Source: Phoronis australis (taxonomy: Eukaryota > Animalia > Phoronida). Taken from it: a stretch of 64,000 bases of DNA. The notes under the pieces were generated by a model. It was not told the DNA's origin and ran no database searches. It saw only the letters and a program-made list of their open reading frames with translations. The position numbers were made by a program, and so were the translations under genes. Below, piece after piece: positions 39,782 to 50,500 of this stretch; the stretch's first letter is position 1, and every line of letters begins with the position of its first letter. Location of the stretch: the NCBI GenBank assembly GCA_002633005.1, contig NMRA01000003.1:1335543-1399542 (forward strand), given 5' to 3'.

Positions 39782-41969
39782 CTTCTTTCAGTTCTGGATA
39801 TGTGTAATCTGCAAAAAACACATAACCCACTTATAAGAGCTGAGACTTACAATCATGTAACATTACTAAGGTTTCTTAATTTTATACAGAATTTACACAA
39901 CAAATCATACATAAATAAAAAGCTTAGTCATGTACAACCTTGATGACGAGTCTGCAAAATTACTTTAACTCTGTCGGTAAAAGTATATATTTTCTATAAA
40001 ATTTGATTTTTGACTTTTTTATCCTTCTGCCATTCATTGAGTCACATGATCATGTCTTTTTAGTAAAATGTAGGGAAAAAGAAATGTACATTGATAGCAA
40101 AACAATATTGGAATCGCATAACAAATTTTATTTGATTTAAATGTCAAAGATTACATCACAAAAAAGTGTTACAGTTCTCAAAAATATCATTTCATTTTTG
40201 GTTTATGCACGAAAATCATAAAAGTCCTAGTTTTTACAGTCCCTCTTGCAAAAGTGGAACATTTCAAAAACACTCCCATAATGCAACAGTATTTTGGAGA
40301 ACATGGCATAAAGCACACTAACTGAAAGTTTCGTTTAAATACGATCAGCCATTTCTGACATATGATGCCTCAAAATTATCCACATTTGGATATTATTCTA
40401 AGGGCCTACCTTGTACCTCAAGTTGGAGCCAGATAATTAAAGCCCTTTACATATATACGTAACAACATTGAGCTCCATAAACATCAACAGTTTGTTGAAA
40501 GCCACAAAGAATGCTCTGCCTACCTTAGCACAGGCACCATACAATGAAAGATCAAGTATAATGTTATCATCTAAATTTCTCCTACATAATGCATTAATCA
40601 CTTTAGTAACATGGAGTTAAAAATTCCGTGTCCATGACCAGTTGGGCCATTGACTTTTGTTAAAATAATTGACTTCTTTTGTTGCCAAGAATCAAACTTC
40701 TTAAAGCTGCACTTTCCCCTATTAACTAAGCAAAAACACGAAAATGCGATTAGACCCTTCACTCTCATCAAAGCTGAGTCTCATAATAGGATTTTACTTC
40801 TGTTACCAACAAGAACATATGAACATATGACACCTCGTATGTATTTGACCGGAGATGGTAACGAATATAAAATTTTATCACAGTAAGGAATATGTTATGA
40901 GACTGATTTTATGGCAGTAAAAAGGGGAATTCAATTTTGCTTTTGAGCCACTTAAATACTGTGTAAAACACAGCTTTACATAACTTGTAGACAAAAAAGT
41001 ATGGGTATATTTTTAAAAATTAATGTTTTATGATCACAGAATCTTTTTATGTACACAAAAATAATGTCCAGATCTTTATTATCAAGTGACCGTATTTTTA
41101 ACTTTCAATTTTTCATGCCAGATCGCCATTTATATTTTCACAAATATTAATTTCTTTGCATGAAACTATTTCTGAGTTTTTATTCTCTAGCTGTTATCTA
41201 TGAAATGGCTGCAGGAGCAAGTTTTCCAATATGCAAACTTGGTTGAATATTCGACACTTGTCGTTATTAACAATCTATGAGTGTCCGAGATTGTTTTCAG
41301 GCCTTTTAGACTAAGAGCTCCACTGTCAAAAATGACATCAACATCCTTTCAAAGACACATATGATGCAAGTCTTTAAAAGCCCGCTGGTCAAAGGCTCAC
41401 CGATAGACACAGACCACGTCATTATAGCTATAAGAAACAGAATTTGCAAGTTTTGTGTGAAAAGAAATTGTGTTCATGGAAAATACTGTTATCTCCATGA
41501 TGAAAAAATATGATTTCTGAGAAAAAAAACTTGCAATCCACTCAATCACTGTGACTATGAAAATTAACCTACTGGGCATGTAACTTTAGCACATACGGCG
41601 TTCTGCACTCATCAAGGACTTTGAAAATATATTTTGATGATTCTGCTTTTTTAATACTCCCAGTTATTTAAGAAATGTAATCCTGGGTTAAGCTATAGCC
41701 TAGTATTAGCTAAATACCTTATTTGTAATTAGTTAGACTTCTCAGCCACTGCTCTAACACTCAGTCATGCAATATATCCTCTCATTCTGATTCAATTAAT
41801 AATGCTTTTGGAAAAGTTTTGAAGTTTAAGAACACCTGACAAATGACACAAGAAGCTGGATATGTCTCAACACAAACTCCACGTGTATCTAGTCCAATGA
41901 AGTTAGTAACTGATAAACAGAAAAAAGTTATTGAGTACAGAAGTCAGTAATCTGCAGTATTGTTTGTAG

Positions 41970-41982
41970 TGCTGATTCAGCA
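41970..41982. promoter_or_regulatory. Near-perfect T-MARE (TGCTGATTCAGCA)
   Basis: 12/13 match to TGCTGACTCAGCA, a few nt inside the putative first intron of the small Maf gene (minus-strand donor gtatgt at 41994-41989). Confidence 0.65.
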
Positions 41983-42120
41983 AAAACGACATACCAAGTT
42001 ATTTAAGTTTAAAAAGTATAATGTGCTATCGTGTTATCACTAATTCTGAGCCACAAGTACCAAGAGCATACAAACAAAATTACTCTCTCCACAGCAAGTG
42101 ATTTTACCAAGAATAAAGTC

Positions 42121-42133
42121 TGCTGACTCAGCA
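42121..42133. promoter_or_regulatory. Perfect T-MARE palindrome (TGCTGACTCAGCA)
   Basis: Exact 13-bp Maf recognition element; it also contains the CNC-sMaf/ARE core TGACTCAGCA. An ETS-type CCGGAAGT lies at 42165-42172. Confidence 0.75.
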
Positions 42134-42599
42134 ACAACTCAGCAATATTTTCGGGACTCTGCTGCCGGAAGTTAACTAAAAGTACATTTCGTAATTTTAA
42201 GTGTCCGAATAAAATTTCTAGAAAACTGTAGCGTGCTCTTTGACACAGATATAAAATTTGAATTTCATTTATGCTAAGTAACTCATCACTTTGTAACAAC
42301 AAACTCTCAATCTAATACCATTTTAATATTTTTTAAAGAAGTACTAGGCATTCATTTGAGCCGACAGATGGCGCGATGTGAGTTTCCTATTGCGCAGCAA
42401 CAACACAGTCACAGTTTCGGTTTTGTTATTCATCTCAATTACAGCTTGTATATCAATGGTTGTTAATGGTAAGAAGACCAGTCTTCTCTGTGACAGAAAC
42501 CTCATTATCTATAGCCTTAGGATTTCTTGAGTTGAGGGTTTTGTTTGGCCACAGCCCAGGCACAGCCACAGCCAGACGATACGATTCCGAATCGCTCAG

Positions 42600-43323
42600 A
42601 TCGTGCCAGCACCCATAGCCAGCACTCTTATCACTAGACTGTCACCACCGTCTGTAGCTGGCTAGTGACCACCGTCTCTAGCTGGCTCCTATAGAAGCTT
42701 CATACACTGGAAGCTTTTTTGGAAAATTATGCCTCTCGCTGATTTTTTCGCATAAGGGCCAGGGACACCTTAGGACTAGGAGGTCGTCGATGTCATTAAT
42801 TTCTTCCAACTAGAACAAATTCTCAACCTTTTTCTTCAAGCTGTTCTTTGTTCAGTGGCCAAAATCTCAAGCTGGCCATTTTTNTCGAGTATGAGTGTCA
42901 GACTTGAGTACGTTTGGAGTCCACTCGAAATACGACATTAGATACGCTTTTTTGAGTACGACTCCAGTGAGCACGATTTTGAGTATGAAATCTCGAGTAT
43001 GAGTATGAGTCTGAGTACGGAGGTTGGAGACCGGGCCCTGATCGTGCCAGCACCCATAGCCAGCACTCTTATCACTAGACTGTCACCACCGTCTGTAGCT
43101 GGCTAGTGACCACCGTCTCTAGCTGGCTCCTATAGAAGCTTCATACACTGGAAGCTTTTTTGGAAAATTATGCCTCTCGCTGATTTTTTCGCATAAGGGC
43201 CAGGGACACCTTAGGACTAGGAGGTCGTCGATGTCATTAATTTCTTCCAACTAGAACAAATTCTCAACCTTTTTCTTCAAGCTGTTCTTTGTTCAGTGGC
43301 CAAAATCTCAAGCTGGCCATTTT
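42600..43323. other. Exact ~283-bp duplication across a single-N junction, probably two haplotypes joined; one carries a repeat ending ...GGAGACCGGGCCCTG
   Basis: 42600-42883 equals 43041-43324. There is an N at 42884, and 42885-43040 is a 'gagta' repeat-rich transposon-like end. Confidence 0.7.
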
Positions 43324-43622
43324 TATGCAGCGCACTGCAGGGGATATGACGTCCTACCACCTGCCACATGCAGTGTTAAAAATGGCCAGTTTCCGATTTT
43401 GGGAACTGAACGAAGGACTGCTCGAAAAAAAATTTGATAACATGAGTATTTGTTCGATTTAAAGACATCGATGGCCGTTTAAGGTACGCGAAAGGTACTA
43501 TAGCAATTTGGCTTTGATTTTTAATCAGTGTATGGCATAATTCGCTGAAAAGCTTCTGGCATATTAAGCGCTAAAGGAGCTTCATGGTCTGTAGTTCAAA
43601 TAGAGACGGTGGTCACTGTCTA
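43076..43622. mobile_element. Foldback non-autonomous DNA transposon with long imperfect TIRs
   Basis: 'agtgaccaccgtctcta' (43105-43121) is perfectly inverted at 43601-43617. Further inverted blocks lie inward (aagctttt/aaaagctt, aattatgcc/ggcataatt, ctggccattttt/aaaaatggccag). Confidence 0.8.
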
Positions 43623-44583
43623 TCTTATTATTTCCATGATCTGGCCTAAGCCAGCTTACTAGCTGTTTATGACTGTACACGTTCATATACCTAGGAATCG
43701 ATGTGGTAAAAAGTTGGAAATTTGAGAGAAGCTCAGTTTTCAGTCCACTCAAACTCGATTTTCCTCTTGCCAATGAAACTTGCATAAAAATGTTACGCGC
43801 CCCAACCGTCACATGTTAATACGTTTTTGCAACTCCAAAATTCAAAGAACTGCTACCTTATCTGGTAAAAGAAGGAACTAAATCTCATGAATATCATGTT
43901 CTGACCTGCCTTCAAACAAAAGTCGGATGTAAATTACAAACCAGAACGCTCATGACGACCACACAAATTATGCTATTTGCTAGATTTTCGGTTTGGTACA
44001 GTGACATCTCTTGGGAGATGGTGAGAACTTTGCCAAACCATAGTTTCCTAGATCCTCAGAATTTTGGCTCACTGGTAATAAAATACTCATAACTACAAAT
44101 GAAGTGCAACCACTGCTGATACTTTGTTGTGAACTGTGGAAACTTATTGAATCGACAAAAACAGAAACTGTCTAATAAATGGGTGATGCTGCACTTCAAG
44201 ATGCTTATGTTCACTCCACAAATTTAACTGCTGAATAATTACTCTGTTTTCACACCGCTTACAAAGTTAGTTCACTGAAGGAAGAGCCAAGTTGTATTTT
44301 TCTTGCTTTTGGCCAAGATTGCTCCACAGCTGTATAAGCCTTGCTACAAAGCTGTTATTGTTTACACAACTTTGTATCAAGGCTAGTCAAAGCCTTATCA
44401 GCCAGCTAGCTAATTAGCATGTTTTTGTTAATTAACAGTTATCTGTCTTTTTCAGTTACTTATGCCAGCTGATGATCAGTCCGAGTTGATGGAGTTACTC
44501 CCAACCATGAGGACTATTGGGTAACACAGTGACGGTCAAGTTAGGACCAGATTGTGTGGTCCTCCTCTGTTGCACATGCCATC

Positions 44584-47500
44584 ATGCCAGAACAACAGAT
44601 TGACGGTGGAGTAGAGTGGACAACTGATGTCATTGTCATGCAAGTGAGTAGTTTGGGTAGCTATGTATTCAGGTTGTCTTCAGAGCATAACCAAAAGCAT
44701 CTTATGTTTTAAGAACATTTTGTAGTTTCAGTAGAGCGGCCACCTGATGTCACTGTCATCCAAGTGAGTAGGTTGGGTACCTATGTATTCAGGTTGTCTT
44801 CAGAGCATAACCAAAAGCATCTTATGTTTTAAGAACATTTTGTAGTTTCAGTAGAGCGGCCACCTGATGTCACTGTCATCCAAGTGAGTAGGTTGGGTAG
44901 CTATGTATTCAGGTTGTCTTCAGAGCATAACCAAAAACATCTTATGTTTTAAGAAAATTTTGTAGTTTATTGTGGAGAATGCGTATTGGTTGCAGTCGTC
45001 AGTGAGCCAGAAGATGACAGTAAATCACTACAGATCAACCTAATCTGTTTATGCTGTTCTGTTCACAACACAAGCATGTACTGCATGTAGTATTTATTTT
45101 GAACAAAAACTCTCTGGGTCCACAAAAATATCCACAACAGACTGCATGATGAGAATGTTGGTTAGCACAGCGTCAAAATATTCATTCTTCAGTCTTTTAA
45201 CTTAATTGTTTGCTCAACTTACAACAATAACCATATAGTTGACTGTCACAAGTACCAAAAGCTCAAGATAACCACTGTGCTCAGTCTAACATTAACAAAT
45301 TTGAGTGTTTGCTTGAATGTCAAAGCTGAGTCTTGTGTGAAACACAATTTTATATTCTTATTTCAGATTATTCAAGGTTTCCATGTTCTTGAATGTGATG
45401 ATGTGGACGCTCTTTTGGCTGATACCGAGGCTGATGACTGTCAGAGGAGCAACGTTGTCACAGGGTATCCCAGGCAGCCACTATACAAAGAAATAGCTTC
45501 TGCAATTGACTACTGGATTGTGCATGGGTATGAAGGATTTATAAAAAGCAAACTGAATTTTCATTAAATCGGGATGCACTGAGAGTGTGAAATGTTACTT
45601 AAAACCGTTTTCCTTCTGTAATTGAATTCTCCATAGAAAGTTAGGTTAGGATACTGTTATGGAAAATAAATGTTAGGTTTCAGTTGATGAAGATATTTCC
45701 ATTTGGTTTTAGTAACTCTTTGAACTGGGGTACATTATTTTTCTGCGAGTCATGCTGCAGGAGTAAAGACCGTGAGGAGACTACCACAAATCGCTAGTTT
45801 TTTCCCCCACTTCAATTCCCAGCCGATGTTCAGTCATTCACCATTACAAACATTTCTCCAGATAGTGGTTTCCATATTGATCCAGATATCAGTCTAATCC
45901 ACTGTGAAAAATTCCTGTAGTCTTTTAATCCAGGCATCACAACTCACATGCCAATTACCTACATCACTGTCAAGAGTTATTTCAGATAGTGTTTTATTGC
46001 ACGAAGTCATTGCTAAATGCATGCTCTCTTTCTCACAAAAGTTACTTAGATCAGTGTTTGTGATTTCGAGTGGAGACGACATTTGCAGTTCTTGTATAAA
46101 TGTGTTGACGAAGTACAAGTTACCATGAAATGGGACAAGTTTGTAATGCTGTTAGCTCCTTTCATTGGCACTCTGAGGATTACCAGGAAAGAGTTTCCGT
46201 GTGATTTAGTGATTGTGATTTTGTATTAGTACCTTATTCTTCACCAATACGCAATAACTAGGCAGAAGTGAATTTTTATTTTGTCAAATTTCAGATTGAA
46301 AATAACTTGGATTAAAAAGAACTTAATTCATCATAAGCTTGAATCGTTTTGTGTTGATGAACGTTTAAAAAGCAAAGCAATTAGCATCCTAAACATAGAA
46401 ATATAATAAATTTTGCAATTTTGTGCAAAATAAGTGAAGAACTGCATTATTACAAGGTGACCATGTAATGAGCTCCAAGGACTTTGTTTACTCATTACTG
46501 TGATGTTCGTTTTTCAAGGAAATGCCCAATTGATGACATGCTGTCATTTGAGTTGTTGGTTGAACAAGCAGACACAGCTAAAAGGTAAATCTTTAGTGCC
46601 AGAATGTCTTTCTATCAAAAGGTTGATGGTGTTTTTTGATTGGTTACTGTTGAAGCTATCGTAGACAAGTTTTTAGTTGGTTTGTTTTTTCCTAAAGTGA
46701 TCCTTTTCACGTCGAGGAATGTGTGTCCCAAAATTATTTTGTCCTGAATACATCTGTGATTTTTTTAGCATGAACATCTAGTTGTCGTGGATTTTAAATT
46801 CTGTCTAATTTTTAGTTTTGTGGCAGTTGCACTACACAAAATTTAATAGTGTGAATTGACGATTCGAGTTTTATTCAGTGCACATAATTTAGAGGTTGTC
46901 AAAGTTGACGTGTGAGGAAAGACTCCATGAACAGAAGACTTTGTGAAATTTCTTTTAACACGGCCTATAATTCACAGGCACCTTGACAGTTTAACCTCCT
47001 TAGGCAATGACTTAATTCTAGTCTCTGCCAGCACGTCAGAATTAAGAGTTTACGCACCACACTCAATTTCTAAGGCTTGTAGCACCAGTACAACCAATGC
47101 TCAATTCTTACTAGCTCTTTTATGCTCCTTTTTTGCTGTTTTAGGCAAGTGTGGAAATTCTATTCCAACTATGGAACTGATAATTTGTTATGCAAGAATC
47201 AAACAGAATTGGAAAACAATAACGATGCTAGATTGCAGCATGAAAACCATGTTTCGATATTACCGGTAATCTAATATCATCTGGTACAATAGTATACAGA
47301 AAGCAAAATATCATAACAGAATAAAAGCGTGAAAGTTTTGAGACATCCAGTTGTTATCGTAACAAAATGTTCACATCACAATGCAAGGCACAAGATATGT
47401 TGACTAAAAACTACCACAACTGCAACGTTGTTCGTTTTTGTTTTACACTCCTTACTTCTAATTTGGCCAAAAACTAATTTTACTAAATTTCAGTTATTTA

Positions 47501-50500
47501 GAATTAACCCAAACCTGCACAGGATTAAGATTTACAATTGTTTTATAATTCAAGTTGCTTTCATTACATCCTGAAGGAGTAAAAATTGAGGCCTTGCTTT
47601 TAATCTTCCACCGACTTTTATTCAAAAATCCCTTCTTCTATTAGAAAAGATTGCTTTTGCATGGAAGTGTCAACATTGTGTGTTTTCAATTTTCTGTGTG
47701 TCTTAGGAAAACAGTGGAGAAACACATATCATCATTACCTGCTGACAGGAATTGGAGATGTTTGACTAAGACTGAAAAACAAGATTGTATAACGGATATT
47801 TTTGAGGTACGTTAGTTATTATGTCACTCTTCTAATAGAAAGTCAAATGTATGAATAGTAAATAATTAATGTCTCATTTTTTTCTTTACTAGTCCTAGCT
47901 TTTTATGTTGTATTCTATAGTGTTGTATGGTGGTCCTCACTGAAGTGGCTTTTGCTTTTGAGGATCTCCAGCTTGTATGTATGTATGTATATATCCAAAT
48001 GAGTTTTTTCTTTATTGTATTTTGCTAATTTGTTGTACAAGTTAATAAGTGTATTAACTCTCAATTCTATTAGACTCTTCGTGTTGGTTATGTCACTTCT
48101 GTTTATAAGTGTCAAAATCATCTTGTTTGCCTGGAAATAGGTTACCACATCATATGGTCTTTCTTTGAATACCTGTAGTATCAATTGAAGCAAAGCAGAG
48201 TTGGCTCATCTTTCAAGACTCTTAGAATGCCTGTGATATCACATGGTATGCTTCAGTTTGCTCTCTGTGGTTTTATGAGAATGAATCTTAGCCCAGTGTT
48301 AACTCATTTGCAAAACTTGTTACTTTTTCATTACTAATCAAACTTATGAATCTTTCTCTTTAAGACTCTTGGCAAACGTGGACTTTTGGATCTGATTGGA
48401 GTTAGGAAAACTCTAGGAAGTATTGACTATTGGCCACCATCCAGGAGAAAGTTGTTGGCTACATTTTCACAAAAACACAAGTAAAGTATCAGTTGGTATC
48501 TCCTCTTGATTGCTTCATATTTTGTTTATTACACATAGTGTACCTAATTATCAGACAGACCCTAAATATCAGACATTACATAAAATCTTACTTGAAGCAG
48601 AATATGAGAAATAAATGACACCAATTTTTGTTCTGCTGTAAAAGTAATGCATTCAATATCCAGCATTGTCTCGTTTTTTATGATGTTGCCTCGTTTTGAT
48701 TTCACCGAGAGAGGGTGCAGTTTAGACACCCAAGTTGGCCTACAATGGACGATCGCATAAATCTATTATAAATAAAGTTGAAAACAAAATCTTTTTCCAC
48801 AATGAAGTAATCTAAATGAACTGACAATATGTCACTATTTCATTTTTTCATTTGTTTTTAAACTCAAGTCAAACCCCGGTCTCGCACGTGCGTCTGTCAT
48901 GTCAAGAAGGCAAAGAGATACTAAAAACTGCAGTGAGGTTGCATGTGCTTTAGTCGTCTGCACTGATTCATCCAAACAACTTGCTGCCGTCATCAGATGA
49001 CATTTTATGGATAATTTTGTTGCGAACGGAGCTGTGTTCTAGCAGCAAATATGTGAAAGTACTCGAGCTGCAATTTGGCGACAAGGTGCCCACGGCCATT
49101 ACATGGTTAGACATTTTTCCGCGGTGTGGATGTCCAATATTTAGATTCTCGGAGGGTTTGCTAATTGCGTTTTTAAAGATCAGTCAGAACATAAACGTGG
49201 CCTTCAGTGACAAGATATAGTAACAGAACAATTCCTTAAGGGGTACATCTTTATTTCAGTAAAGAATTTACAACAATCTGCAAAATGTGCCAAAACGTCC
49301 GATATTTATATCGCTTGACTATAATCTCTTTATTTCTAAGAACATCATCAGATGGTAAAGCTCACAACTATATCACAGGTCAACCAAGTTAAAACTGAAT
49401 GAGAACAAATCATTTCTACCGCAGATGTAGCTTGAATGAAGATGTACCTGATGATTCAGCCAGGTGTAAGCTCTACTTTCCTGCTTTATTTACAACTTTT
49501 CTTTGTTGCATTCTGTTGTTAATACCTTTATGCAGGACCTTATCAACAAGACTGAACATTTTGCAAAATATCTACAAAACTGTATATTTTAACCCAGCAA
49601 AATTAGATATTTTTGAGAGTAGAAAATTTGTAGAATTTTTAACTCTGTAGCAGTGGGCTATTAATTAGTCATGTGACCATGCTTTTTAAGGATAATTGAG
49701 CAAAAAATATAGGTACATTCAGTTCATGACAAAAAGTCAATAACAGGACCCAATTTCATATGATATAATCATTCAAACTACAATCTCAAGAACGTTTTTA
49801 CAGTTTTCCAGATTAGCTTTTCATTTTCGTTTTTTGCAACTTTTAACGATTTTTTTCATGAAAATGATGAAATTTTTTGATAGCCCTCATGCACAAATGG
49901 CACATTTCAAAAAACTCCTAACAGCTTTTTAGAGATCAGTGCATGAAGCATAGTCTATCAAAGTGTCGTGTAAATCAAATTGGTCACTTTTGAGATATGA
50001 TGTTCCTAATACACTCTGGATTTATCACTTGAACAGTGCTCAGCCTCACGCTCTCCCAATTCCTTGAGTTAGGCCTATTTTCACAATCTTGTAAACAACA
50101 TTTATTTACTTTTGCAAAATAATGGTGTGGGAGATTTCAAATGACTAAGACTGTTTGAAAGTTTACATTCAGGCCTGTAAAGGGCCATAAGTCTTTTAAT
50201 TATTTACTAATCAAGTTATTTGGCGTTTTAAGTTTTCGACTGTTCAGTAGTACCAAGAACGTTAAGTAGGGAAAAGCAGAATTTGCTCTTTTTCTACACC
50301 CAATTCTAGACCAACACTACTCAAATTGTCAACTAGTCATTCACAATTTCAAGGACATGTTTTGGGTAACCGTCAGCGAAACATTATGGATTTTTAATCA
50401 TGGCACTTATTTTCACTCGTAAAAATTACGCCAATAATACAAACGATGGTTAGGTTCCTTTAATCTTCACCTAACTTAAATTGGTCATTTATAGGATTTG

